Part shown: positions 1 to 8,979 of the stretch, one piece after another
How the letters are laid out: each line of letters starts with the position of its first letter
How positions within the stretch are numbered: the stretch's first letter is position 1
Virus record (IMG/VR): IMGVR_UViG_3300033148_002257
Location: 6,280-70,279 of that record
Origin: a virus
DNA length: 64,000 nt
Reading direction: 5' to 3' (one strand)
Translations under genes and position numbers: made by a program
The notes under the pieces: model-generated
Database searches by the model: none
Seen by the model: the letters and a program-made list of their open reading frames with translations, nothing else
What the model was told of the DNA's origin: nothing

Positions 1-7
1 TATACCT

Positions 8-1216
8 ATGTTACGACATGTTAAACTTTCTGCTAACCTTGATTGGCAGACGTTTAGTATAACCGCGACCGATCTGAAGTTGTATGGTACTGAAACTGTA
101 CCGGCTAAAGTTGAGTATGATAGCGGGTACGGTGCGTGTTGTGTTGGATACGAACAGTTAGCAGAGACGGTTAAAGGAATAAACACTGAAACTGTAACGA
201 TTAAACTGGTATCTGCTAACGATAACGAACATCGCAACGAACGGTTATATGTTAATAACGCAGCGTTGTATACCATGCCCGTTGACGATTTTCCCGATAA
301 ACCGCCTATGGAAACGCCAGACTGGTATACATGTGTTACGTTGTCTTGTCTGGTACCGGTATACAAACAAATGTTACCGGTACTTAAAACTGTTGACAGG
401 TCTCGTGCCAGTCTGTTAGGTATCCGTCACGAGTTTTATGATAACAGCCTGTTTACGTTAATAGCTACAGACGGATGCAGGATGATTGTTAAACGCGATT
501 TGCCACATCGAGCTGTACCACAGAAACATAGAACGTTTACTTTGCCAATATATACCGTTCAGGATATTGTAGGATTATATAAGAAAACTTCTGCAAACAA
601 AGATATAACGTTTTTTGGCGTTTCAAACGATCCTGGTACCAAAAATCCAAACGAAATCAAAGGACCGATAGAAATGCGTATCGGTAACCTAGACGATCCA
701 GACGAAACAAACACAACTACCATTACATCCTATCTAGTTGACAAACGGTATCCTAACTGGCAAAACATCATGCCAACTGACAATACATATAATCGTAACG
801 TTACACTGGACATTAACACGTTTCTGTCAGCAATCAAATGCGTGTCGCCTATGTGTGACAAACGCTTAAACTGCATATATATGGTAGTTGATTCAGAAGT
901 TACGTTGTATGCATATAATTCTGAAGTTGGCGTAACAGAATATAGTATCCCGTATATTATGCGGTCTAACGATAACAACATGTTCAGACTTGCATTTAAC
1001 TACAAATATATGGAAGATGCGTTAAAAGGTAGTAACAAAAGAGACGGTACAACTGTGACTATACAAACGAATATGGCGGGTATAGATACTGAAGAGGCGC
1101 TTAACATTGTTGTGCCCGGTACCAGTGATCAAGTACTTATGCCTATTAGAATGAGCGATAAGAATTGGAATACGGTGTTTGAAGCTGTTGAAAAGCAAAA
1201 AAAGGATACGGGATAA
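8..1216 (+). CDS. dnaN: DNA polymerase III beta sliding clamp-like protein (5' end may lie upstream of the window)
   Basis: Clamp motifs ITATDL, LIATDGCRM, YPNWQNIMP, LAFNYKYMEDAL and QVLMPIR. Confidence 0.8.
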   Translation: MLRHVKLSANLDWQTFSITATDLKLYGTETVPAKVEYDSGYGACCVGYEQLAETVKGINTETVTIKLVSANDNEHRNERLYVNNAALYTMPVDDFPDKPPMETPDWYTCVTLSCLVPVYKQMLPVLKTVDRSRASLLGIRHEFYDNSLFTLIATDGCRMIVKRDLPHRAVPQKHRTFTLPIYTVQDIVGLYKKTSANKDITFFGVSNDPGTKNPNEIKGPIEMRIGNLDDPDETNTTTITSYLVDKRYPNWQNIMPTDNTYNRNVTLDINTFLSAIKCVSPMCDKRLNCIYMVVDSEVTLYAYNSEVGVTEYSIPYIMRSNDNNMFRLAFNYKYMEDALKGSNKRDGTTVTIQTNMAGIDTEEALNIVVPGTSDQVLMPIRMSDKNWNTVFEAVEKQKKDTG

Positions 1217-1250
1217 GATGGTTCATGTAACTGATAACCGATATTTCCTC

Positions 1251-1280
1251 TTGACAAACTGTTGTATGATATGGTATACT
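1251..1280 (+). promoter_or_regulatory. sigma70-type promoter with extended -10
   Basis: TTGACA-18 nt-TATACT, preceded by TGG; near-identical copy at 22560. Confidence 0.75.
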
Positions 1281-1314
1281 GTATATAGAATAAGAGGCAC
1301 ATATACTAAAACAA

Positions 1315-1482
1315 CAGCTAACAGAGCTTAACAAAAATGAAGCTGGTGATAAGTGGCAGGTACCTTGGCATATGCGCCGCAAGGGTGTGAAAAGACATAC
1401 ACCGAGTTGTTGTGCACGACAACTTGCCTTGGATAAAAGCAACGACGGGCGGTGTTGGGTGTGGAATCCAACCTGTTAGCTG
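1315..1482 (+). ncRNA. structured tRNA-like ncRNA candidate 1
   Basis: 10-bp closing stem CAGCTAACAG/CTGTTAGCTG; D-like arm GCTT/AAGC; T-like arm GTTGG-GTGTGGAAT-CCAAC abutting the closing stem; internal hairpins; directly downstream of the promoter. Confidence 0.55.
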
Positions 1483-1730
1483 AAGGGTACAAGTCAAACG
1501 CCTATAACAACAAATGTTCAGATATGTTATGTGTTGTATAGACAGATATGTTGTTGTGTAGATGTGTTGTCGGGATAGCTAGACGTTTCTTATGGAGACC
1601 ACAGACTGGTAAACGTGATTGTGTTGAAATGGTTTACCGTATTGGTTGTATAGTAAAGCTTCCATGGTTTAGTCTCCTTACATTGTTTGTGGTCTCCATA
1701 AGAAGTGTTCATCTAAAAGGAACAACTGAC

Positions 1731-1949
1731 ATGTTTGATCCTCGTAACCAAACCGTTATATATCTTCTAATCGCCGGCGTTATAACAGGTGTTCTAACCG
1801 TATCGTTTGTTGTCCAATCAGCGGTGTATTGGTTGGCAGAAGATGATATGTCAATATGTCTAGGTTCAATATATCTAGCTAACGCAATTATGACTGGTAT
1901 AGCGTGTATAGTGTGTTTGGTAACCGCTGTTAATATCAACAGAATGTAA
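1731..1949 (+). CDS. small membrane protein (2 TM)
   Basis: AAAGGA RBS before the ATG at 1731; two hydrophobic segments. Confidence 0.55.
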   Translation: MFDPRNQTVIYLLIAGVITGVLTVSFVVQSAVYWLAEDDMSICLGSIYLANAIMTGIACIVCLVTAVNINRM

Positions 1950-1964
1950 GGTAGGACATATAAA

Positions 1965-2324
1965 ATGACGTTTATTCCTATAGACGATACACATTTCTTT
2001 GCGCTTGAAGATTTAACGCGGTTTCTAAATAATGAGACGAAAACGTATTTTGATAGAGATATAGAATCACATGAACTTAACCTTTTACCAGCAGAAATAT
2101 TGCTAATGATGAACGTTTTTGCACATAATGTCTTAAAAACGTCATGTTCTGATGGCGATACAGTTAAACCTTCTTCTATAGAAGCATGGTTATCTTTTAT
2201 AGTCGGCAGGTTAATACATGAAATCATACAGTTACGACCCGATTTACGTGAAAATACGTTGTCTGATGCAGAACATGTTGAACGGTTATTAGACAAATTA
2301 AAAGACGAGGAGGGTACAAGCTAA
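1965..2324 (+). CDS. hypothetical protein
   Basis: RBS AGGTAGGA; stop overlaps the next start (TAATG). Confidence 0.6.
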   Translation: MTFIPIDDTHFFALEDLTRFLNNETKTYFDRDIESHELNLLPAEILLMMNVFAHNVLKTSCSDGDTVKPSSIEAWLSFIVGRLIHEIIQLRPDLRENTLSDAEHVERLLDKLKDEEGTS

Positions 2325-3001
2325 TGACCAACGCTTACGGGTATGTTCGTGTATCGGGTGAAGGACAGATTACGGGACATGGACTTGAAAGGCAACGTGA
2401 AATTATCGAACGGTACGCTGCTGGCCATGATCTTAACCTTATACGTGTGTTTGTAGAACCGGGTACAACCGGTACAATTACAGACAGACCTGCGTTAGGT
2501 GATCTGTTGTTAGCAATTGAACGGAACGGTGTACGTCATGTTGTTGTCGAAAGTCTAGACAGATTAGCACGTGACCTGGTTGTACAAGAAGCTATTGCAG
2601 AGAACTTCAAACGACAAGGGGTTGATCTAATATCTGCTACACAAGGTGACGATCTTGCTAGCGACGATCCCGGTCGGAAACTTATCCGACAACTGTTAGG
2701 TGCGATAGCAGAATACGATAAAAGTATGACTGTGTTGCGGTTAGCGGCGGCACGACGTGCTAAACGTAAAGCTAACGGAGGTAAATGTGAAGGACGAAAA
2801 GCGTATGGAGAATGTGATCCAAAAGAACGAGCAGCTATAGCGCGATGTAAAGAGTTACGTGCTAAAACGGTTGGTAAAGGACGTGGGAAACGACAGTTGA
2901 GTATGACGGAAATTGCTAAAGTTATGAATCAGGAAGGGTATCCGACACGACAAGGTAGACCATGGACAGCGCAGACTGTTAGAAGTGTGTTACGGAAATA
3001 A
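2324..3001 (+). CDS. serine recombinase (resolvase/invertase family) with short C-terminal recombinase/HTH domain
   Basis: YGYVRVS catalytic motif, LDRLARD, AIAEYDK, and C-terminal IAKVMNQEGYPTRQGRPWT. Confidence 0.9.
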   Translation: MTNAYGYVRVSGEGQITGHGLERQREIIERYAAGHDLNLIRVFVEPGTTGTITDRPALGDLLLAIERNGVRHVVVESLDRLARDLVVQEAIAENFKRQGVDLISATQGDDLASDDPGRKLIRQLLGAIAEYDKSMTVLRLAAARRAKRKANGGKCEGRKAYGECDPKERAAIARCKELRAKTVGKGRGKRQLSMTEIAKVMNQEGYPTRQGRPWTAQTVRSVLRK

Positions 3002-3132
3002 CTGGGATTGGTAAAAAGGAAGGGAAAGGTATAACAATGGCTAATACAGGTCATAACAAAGGAATTGCGAGTGTTGACAGATAGTTGCTGTACGTGTTCG
3101 AAACGGAACGACCTAAAAGAAGGAGAACAACA

Positions 3133-3411
3133 ATGAAATATGAATCTGAAAGGTTAAGAAAAAAACCAACGTCTAAAAAACGATTGACAAAGAAACAAGC
3201 GAAAGAAATAGGGTTACAGGGCGGCGAATATGGAACACAGATATTAGAAGATGGTATATGGACAGAGTTTGTAAGTGAACGAACGTTAGCAAATGCACGA
3301 GACACTGTTGTTGATGAACGACGTCAGATTGCGAATAGAGAGGCAACTAACGTTCCTTTACCATATAATGATGTGCGTATTGTGCGAATGTGGTATGAAG
3401 TAATTGATTAA
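3133..3411 (+). CDS. hypothetical protein
   Basis: AAGGAG RBS before ATG 3133. Confidence 0.55.
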   Translation: MKYESERLRKKPTSKKRLTKKQAKEIGLQGGEYGTQILEDGIWTEFVSERTLANARDTVVDERRQIANREATNVPLPYNDVRIVRMWYEVID

Positions 3412-3667
3412 ACAACAACTTGTAAAGGAACAACATAACAATGGAAACTTTAATTCGTATAGTAATATACGTCTGGCTAATCAACGCTGGTATAACAGGT
3501 ATAATGGTGTTTTTATGTTTAACGTTAGGGTTGGCGCATTATCTGTTTGATAAAAGTTCAACAGACGGAAAAACAAAAGAATAACTGGACGGGTACTGGA
3601 ACAACTCGTTATTGCCACCGTCCTATGTATTGGAGAGAGATCGACGTAACGAGGAGGATACAACGAC

Positions 3668-4006
3668 ATGACTTTTGCAAAATGGCTAGAAGAAGTAGGC
3701 GCTTGTAAAGCAGCACGAGACTGGGTTGGAAACCACGGGTTACTGTGGGCATACAAAAACTGCACTCGTCCACACTGGATGTTATGGGTGTTGGAAATGG
3801 CATATCACTGCGAGACTTGGCCTACGTCGTTCGATCTCTCTCAATTGTGGCTCAAACTATACGATGCGGGGTTTGATATGGATGTTTGGTGTGCTACCAG
3901 AGAAGATAGTCGTCAATACCCCCGCATGTGTGATTTTATCCGAGCACACGTCAAACCGGGGACAGTTTCAAATCTGACGAGACGTTTCGAGGAGGAGATG
4001 ATATGA
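3668..4006 (+). CDS. hypothetical phage protein (GACxxAxxW...WMLW type)
   Basis: GAGGAGG RBS; ATGA overlap with next gene. Confidence 0.65.
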   Translation: MTFAKWLEEVGACKAARDWVGNHGLLWAYKNCTRPHWMLWVLEMAYHCETWPTSFDLSQLWLKLYDAGFDMDVWCATREDSRQYPRMCDFIRAHVKPGTVSNLTRRFEEEMI

Positions 4007-4677
4007 GCACGTTAGTACCATCACACGATCCACTACACGCAGACGAACAGCGGTATGTCGTAGTAGATTTGGGTGTAGATGATGATATAGATGATGATTG
4101 TAAATATCTTGGATGGATAAATGGAACGTTACAACTATGTACGCCTACTAAACTATGGCATTGTGCTGGTGATGACGAGTATATAGCTGATTGGCAGTTT
4201 GACAAAGCAACAGCAGAACAGGTTGCCGCTTGTGCTAGAGAGTATAATGCACATTGCGAGGTTCGGCCATGGCCAGAAAACACAGACGAACAGCGGTACA
4301 GTTCAGACGAAGCCGAAGACGACGATATGCTGGCCGCACAGACGAGTAACGCCGCCTTTGCGAGAATGCGCCAGCAGCGGGTAATTGCAGAAGCAGACGA
4401 ACAACAGATGTGGTGTGTTTACATCAGTGAAGCTGCATACCCTTGGCGTGGTCGGTTTGGCAAAGGCAGTACCAAGTTTTTTCGAGAGTATCCCGTCCCT
4501 CTTACACGACAGGAAGCAGAAGAAACAGTTGAAGCATGTCCTGGTCAGAACCCGCAGATATTGCCATATCCGCCACCGTATACGAAATCTTGTAGATGCG
4601 ATGCATGTGACGGTACAGGTAAATGTGACGCATGCAACAGTACAGGCGTTGTGTGGATACCAGACACAGAAGCATAG
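4003..4677 (+). CDS. hypothetical protein with C-terminal DnaJ-like CxxCxGxG zinc finger; paralog of 4689-5213
   Basis: CDACDGTGKCDACNSTG; shares EQxYVV.D.G, VRPWPE.T.EQR, YPWRGR and NPQILPYP with the next ORF. Confidence 0.7.
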   Translation: MSTLVPSHDPLHADEQRYVVVDLGVDDDIDDDCKYLGWINGTLQLCTPTKLWHCAGDDEYIADWQFDKATAEQVAACAREYNAHCEVRPWPENTDEQRYSSDEAEDDDMLAAQTSNAAFARMRQQRVIAEADEQQMWCVYISEAAYPWRGRFGKGSTKFFREYPVPLTRQEAEETVEACPGQNPQILPYPPPYTKSCRCDACDGTGKCDACNSTGVVWIPDTEA

Positions 4678-4688
4678 GAGAATGTGAT

Positions 4689-5213
4689 ATGAACACGTTA
4701 ATACCCAATCACGAACAGTACGTTGTAATAGATATAGGTGCAGAGGCGGCGGGCGAGGACAAATACGTCTCGCGAGTCGAGAACATCACAACTATCGCTA
4801 ACCAAGGATGGGCACGTTTCTCTACACCTTATGTCGCACAGTGTCTTTACGATACAAAACACGCAGCGATGCGTGCTATGTGGCAGGTTGCGGACGATCT
4901 TGGCTGGTGTTGCAAAGTTCGGCCATGGCCAGAAAAGACAGAGGAACAGCGGGTATGGTGTGTTTATGTCGGAGGCATATACCCTTGGAGAGGCAGAGTT
5001 GATAATGAGGAATATGCGGCAAGTTTTCTACAAAAGGAGCCTATTCCGCTTACACGAGAAGAAGCAGAAGAGATAGCAGCAGAGACTTGTTACGAAAACC
5101 CACAGATATTGCCGTATCCATTGACAGATATGCAACCCTGTATGTGTACGAACTGTGACGGTACAGGCGTTGTGTGGGTATCGGACAAAGAAACGATGGA
5201 GGATACTACATGA
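4689..5213 (+). CDS. hypothetical protein, paralog of 4003-4677
   Basis: AGGAG RBS; shared motifs; CTNCDGTG. Confidence 0.7.
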   Translation: MNTLIPNHEQYVVIDIGAEAAGEDKYVSRVENITTIANQGWARFSTPYVAQCLYDTKHAAMRAMWQVADDLGWCCKVRPWPEKTEEQRVWCVYVGGIYPWRGRVDNEEYAASFLQKEPIPLTREEAEEIAAETCYENPQILPYPLTDMQPCMCTNCDGTGVVWVSDKETMEDTT

Positions 5214-5440
5214 GTCAGAGAATGAACGGTAAGTTTTCGATTTTCTGCATACACCTATACGATACAGGTTATCACTTTCGGTTTAGTTTGAAAGACGATT
5301 TGGATAGACATATAGTTACTATAAAAATGTCGCCAGAACATCTTGCATTGGCATTAACTTCTGAAACCAATCTCCCTTGTACTTTTGAGTTGAGTCGTCT
5401 AAAGGTAGATACCGATGACCAAACCGAATGGAGTAACTAA
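5210..5440 (+). CDS. hypothetical protein
   Basis: GGAGG RBS; ATGA coupling. Confidence 0.55.
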   Translation: MSQRMNGKFSIFCIHLYDTGYHFRFSLKDDLDRHIVTIKMSPEHLALALTSETNLPCTFELSRLKVDTDDQTEWSN

Positions 5441-5708
5441 TTCTGCAATCTTGGATAGACGCAATCAAATGTTCAGGGAGTACCTTGTCCAAAAAGCCGT
5501 ACGTCTTGGCATACATGTTGAATATCGCGGGCCAGCATTAGTCGGTAACGCATGGGAGTATGCCCTTAAACGGGGCCGCTATGGGATGGTGTGGCTTCAA
5601 CCCGTTTCGGATATCATGATAGGGGAGGCACCGCTGGAGGATCAAGCAACGTGGATTGTACTCCAGTTTTGCAAACAGATATGTCGGAATGGAGAAAATG
5701 TATCATGA
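5415..5708 (+). CDS. hypothetical protein
   Basis: AAAGGT RBS; operon packing. Confidence 0.5.
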   Translation: MTKPNGVTNSAILDRRNQMFREYLVQKAVRLGIHVEYRGPALVGNAWEYALKRGRYGMVWLQPVSDIMIGEAPLEDQATWIVLQFCKQICRNGENVS

Positions 5709-5866
5709 CCAAACCGAAGTTTGACCGGCTGTTGATGACGATAATCGTGTCGAGTGTAGCGTTGATTGTAGCGGCGTCGGCAGGTGAACTGGTACGTAAC
5801 CAGATTGTGCGTGGGAAAGGCAGATGTATCGAAAAGATTGTTACGTATGAACTGAAAGGGGATTGA
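5705..5866 (+). CDS. small secreted/membrane protein, paralog of the 6055 N-terminus
   Basis: MTIIVSSVALIVAASAGEL...VRGKGR versus MTIIVVSLILIGIATAGEEL...IRGKGR. Confidence 0.55.
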   Translation: MTKPKFDRLLMTIIVSSVALIVAASAGELVRNQIVRGKGRCIEKIVTYELKGD

Positions 5867-6054
5867 TAGTATGGGTTCGACAGAGAAACCAATACCTGTT
5901 ACTATTTGTAAGTCTAGGATAGATAACCTTTTTGAAACGGGTTGTGGTCTTATGGGTTGTGGTTGTTTAACGTTACTGATTCTGGTGTTCCTATTGTTGT
6001 TTATAGGTGTCGTGGTATGAATATCAAATAAACAAACAAAGAGGACAAACATCA

Positions 6055-6459
6055 ATGGTCAAACCTATGACAATAATAGTAGTGAGTTTGATACTAATAG
6101 GTATTGCAACTGCTGGTGAAGAGCTATATAGATTTAAGACTATACGTGGGAAAGGCAGGTATACCGTGGTTGCGCAGGTACCCGACACATCAGAGTTTAG
6201 CGACGTTGTAGGTGTACATTTCTACCAGCGCGATACAGACGAGACGGTTACACGATATTGTGAGTTGCCGGCGTGCCCGGGACAGCGGTTACATATCGTC
6301 ATCGAGTCGCCGCCTATCGGTCGTATCCAATGGGGATGTATGGTTGAGGATGCAGCGGGTAACTTGTCGCCGTTGGATTGGGGTGATGTGCGCGAGACGA
6401 TGCCGCCGTTGCGAATTAGCGGTCAAGCGCGGTTTGAAGGGTGGGGGAAACTTGAATAA
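6055..6459 (+). CDS. exported beta-rich protein with signal peptide
   Basis: GAGGA RBS; hydrophobic N-terminus; VEDAAGNLS resembles the end of an FN3/Ig-like domain. Confidence 0.55.
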   Translation: MVKPMTIIVVSLILIGIATAGEELYRFKTIRGKGRYTVVAQVPDTSEFSDVVGVHFYQRDTDETVTRYCELPACPGQRLHIVIESPPIGRIQWGCMVEDAAGNLSPLDWGDVRETMPPLRISGQARFEGWGKLE

Positions 6460-6472
6460 GGACAAAAAGGAA

Positions 6473-6682
6473 ATGATGTTCTTCGATGAAACAAAAGATT
6501 CAATGATGGACGTGCAACTTGCACGAAATATTCAAGAGATTGTCTTTCTGGGAACTAAAGCAGCTAAAAGAATAATCAACCTCAATCTTTCTCAAGAGTC
6601 TAGTTACGAACGAGGTGTAATAGATACAATTCAATGGATGTTAGGTAAAGATGAAAGGGTTGAAATAGAAATTGGCGTATAA
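6473..6682 (+). CDS. hypothetical protein
   Basis: RBS within a repeated linker; SYERGVIDTIQWMLG. Confidence 0.5.
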   Translation: MMFFDETKDSMMDVQLARNIQEIVFLGTKAAKRIINLNLSQESSYERGVIDTIQWMLGKDERVEIEIGV

Positions 6683-7215
6683 TGTTGTTGTTATGGATCG
6701 AGAATGTGGGTAGTGAAACGTGGGTTGGTGGATGTGGAAGGCTTGAATAAGGAGAAAAGACAATGATATACGGCAGTGTAGGTGTCGGAGTAACAGAGCT
6801 AGTCATCACGTGCAAAACGCGATCAAGCGGTCGAGTGGATATTGCCAAGCATGATGCCGTGATGTTGGTTGGAGAGTATACGGTGGACAATAAACCTGTA
6901 GAATGTGAATCTCGTATCTTCGGGCAAGCGCTTGCTGATTCTAGAGCTAACGCAGAAGCTATTCCTGTAAAGGTACGAGGTATGTTCATTTTTAACTACG
7001 ATGGTCCCGCACCTGTCGTAAACGGCATAGCTGGTGTCTTAATGTCAAGCAGAGGCAAAGTCAAGGCTCCCGTATTTTCTAATGGACAGGGCATTAACCT
7101 GAAGGTTGATACTACAACCAAACAAGTTCACGTATTGTTGTAGTTGTTGTTACGGATCGAGAATGTGGATGGGAAAACGCGGGTTAGCGGATGGGGGACG
7201 TTGAAATGAAAGGAC
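6682..7215 (+). repeat. imperfect direct-repeat intergenic linkers (~60-80 bp) at ~6682-6762 and ~7141-7215, partial copies at ~6430, ~7470 and ~7725
   Basis: GTTGTTGTTAYGGATCGAGAATGTGG...GGGTT.G.GGATG.GG...TTGAA in both main copies. Confidence 0.75.
6763..7143 (+). CDS. capsid cement/decoration-like protein (DUF2190-like beta fold)
   Basis: IAKHDAVML, IFGQALAD and IPVKVRG pattern typical of cement proteins; strong RBS. Confidence 0.45.
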   Translation: MIYGSVGVGVTELVITCKTRSSGRVDIAKHDAVMLVGEYTVDNKPVECESRIFGQALADSRANAEAIPVKVRGMFIFNYDGPAPVVNGIAGVLMSSRGKVKAPVFSNGQGINLKVDTTTKQVHVLL

Positions 7216-7472
7216 GAGATAATTATCGGGTGATTGTACATCCAGATGAACCTTGGTTTCTCAAGGACGGCGATCAGGAAGGAAACCACGAGAAATGGAT
7301 TGGTGTTTGCGAAAGGCTCATAATGGACATTACAAGGCATATTAACGGGATTGTGAGTACTGACTACGAATGGGATGACGTATGCGAGTATTGTGGTGAA
7401 CCATGGGAAGAACCGCCAGAATGTTGTGACGAAGCTATAGAAGAATGGGAGAAGACTGTTGCTGAGGGATAG
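7206..7472 (+). CDS. hypothetical zinc-binding protein
   Basis: CEYCG...ECC motif. Confidence 0.55.
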   Translation: MKGRDNYRVIVHPDEPWFLKDGDQEGNHEKWIGVCERLIMDITRHINGIVSTDYEWDDVCEYCGEPWEEPPECCDEAIEEWEKTVAEG

Positions 7473-7523
7473 CGGATGGGGGAAAGGAGAAAAGGATAAC
7501 GGAAGAAGAATAACTGATTCTCA

Positions 7524-7689
7524 GCGGCCAGTAGCGACGTGGTAGCGTCAAGAGGAGGTCTCGACCGAACATCGCAAGCTCGTGTATCAGCGGTTGATGG
7601 TCTACCAGCGACAACCGACAGCACTGGGCACGAATATCGGTGAGAGGGTGAAGTCGGTAGGCGGCGGGTGAATCCGACCGCTGGCCGCA
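7524..7689 (+). ncRNA. structured tRNA-like ncRNA candidate 2
   Basis: Closing stem GCGGCCAG/CTGGCCGC; TA-GCGA...TCGC D-like stem; long arm TCGTGT/GCACGA and CGGTTG/CAACCG; T-like arm GTCGG...GAAT-CCGAC; GC-rich intergenic segment. Confidence 0.6.
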
Positions 7690-7743
7690 AGTAAAAAGGG
7701 TTGGACAATGGAGAATTGAATGAACGGCGAAGGAGAAAAGACA

Positions 7744-7989
7744 ATGGAAGAACAGACTACAGACGGACAATACATAGCTTTGTTTGCAACATGCGATTGC
7801 GGTAACCAGTTAAAGCTAGTTCCGATTGTTGACGAGACGGGAAGTGACGAATGGACGTGGATTGTATCTGATATGGTGTTAAAATGTGGCAGATGTTCGC
7901 GTTATATTCATCTTTCAGGTCTTCATGTCATCGAAATGAACAACAATGCCTTTTCTTTACCAATAAACCGTAAGGAGGATGACAAATGA
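7744..7989 (+). CDS. hypothetical zinc-ribbon protein
   Basis: AAGGAG RBS; CxC and CxxC. Confidence 0.55.
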   Translation: MEEQTTDGQYIALFATCDCGNQLKLVPIVDETGSDEWTWIVSDMVLKCGRCSRYIHLSGLHVIEMNNNAFSLPINRKEDDK

Positions 7990-8429
7990 TATATCGAATA
8001 GTGATCAGTGTGCCAGATAACGGAACAGAGTCTGTTGACCTGGTTTGCGAGGTTTTGACTGAATTGCGAAGACGGTTGATAGACAATCAGATGTTACTAA
8101 ATCATAGTTTACTATACGGTGTTGGATGTGCGAAATTGTTTACGGATAAAGAGTATGACGCGATAGAAGAAGACGTAGTAATTTTGGAAGGAGCAGAACA
8201 AATGAAAAGACGAACGTATACCGAAACAGTCTGTGAAAGTTGTGGCGCTGTAGGAAAGGTTGACTGGCCGTTTGGCGCTGTACCGGAGAACGAAGTTAGA
8301 AATGTAATACCGCCGGATTGGGTACAGATTAAACATCGCGGGCCGTTTGGCGAACAGAGATTAACTGATCTGTGTAAAGAGTGTGCTGACAGGCTTCTAG
8401 GCGGAGAGGATTGGTATGACGCTGTGTGA
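7986..8429 (+). CDS. hypothetical protein with C-terminal treble-clef zinc finger
   Basis: CESCG...DLCKEC. Confidence 0.55.
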   Translation: MIYRIVISVPDNGTESVDLVCEVLTELRRRLIDNQMLLNHSLLYGVGCAKLFTDKEYDAIEEDVVILEGAEQMKRRTYTETVCESCGAVGKVDWPFGAVPENEVRNVIPPDWVQIKHRGPFGEQRLTDLCKECADRLLGGEDWYDAV

Positions 8430-8743
8430 TTATCAAGAGGTGCATGAACACGAGGCGAGCAATGAGTAACGTACACATATGTAGAGCCTTCATGTGTCAA
8501 CCGGGCGAGGTGTTCGTGTGGGATGTTGACTATCCACGCGGTTGGCTTCGAGTGGCACAGAGCGCTGTAACAGACGACAGCGAAATTATACGTTGTGCCG
8601 ATTGTCGCGAACCGGCGATATATCTGGACTATTTTGCGCCGTATCATACGGAACGTAACCGCTGCGCGAACTGTGCGTGGGCGGAAGGAATCATTACGCG
8701 GGAAGAGCGGGACGAATATCTCAGTAAGGGAGATACGTCATGA
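8426..8743 (+). CDS. hypothetical zinc-finger protein
   Basis: CADC...CANC. Confidence 0.5.
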   Translation: MIIKRCMNTRRAMSNVHICRAFMCQPGEVFVWDVDYPRGWLRVAQSAVTDDSEIIRCADCREPAIYLDYFAPYHTERNRCANCAWAEGIITREERDEYLSKGDTS

Positions 8744-8979
8744 GTAAACCTACAAAAAACGGGAGGCGCATAACGAATAGCCATTTTCATTGGACAGCCG
8801 GCCCTGACCCTAGCTGGCATATACCGGACGCAACTATCTGTCCACCACAAACTGAACAGGAGAAATGTACGATGAGCGACAACCTATCGAGTGCGTGTGG
8901 GAAACGGATGTGGGCGACCTATCACCTGTCTAATCCCACTGTTGTGGTAAAGATGAGTTATGTTACGATTGTGCAATGA
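8740..8979 (+). CDS. hypothetical protein (contains a duplicated segment shared with the next gene)
   Basis: EQEKCTMS is present in both ORFs; GAACAGGAGAAATGTACGATGAG duplicated. Confidence 0.4.
   Translation: MSKPTKNGRRITNSHFHWTAGPDPSWHIPDATICPPQTEQEKCTMSDNLSSACGKRMWATYHLSNPTVVVKMSYVTIVQ

Noticed and set aside
1709-2296. 195-aa minus-strand ORF and similar antisense ORFs throughout
   Set aside because: Antisense shadows of better-supported genes
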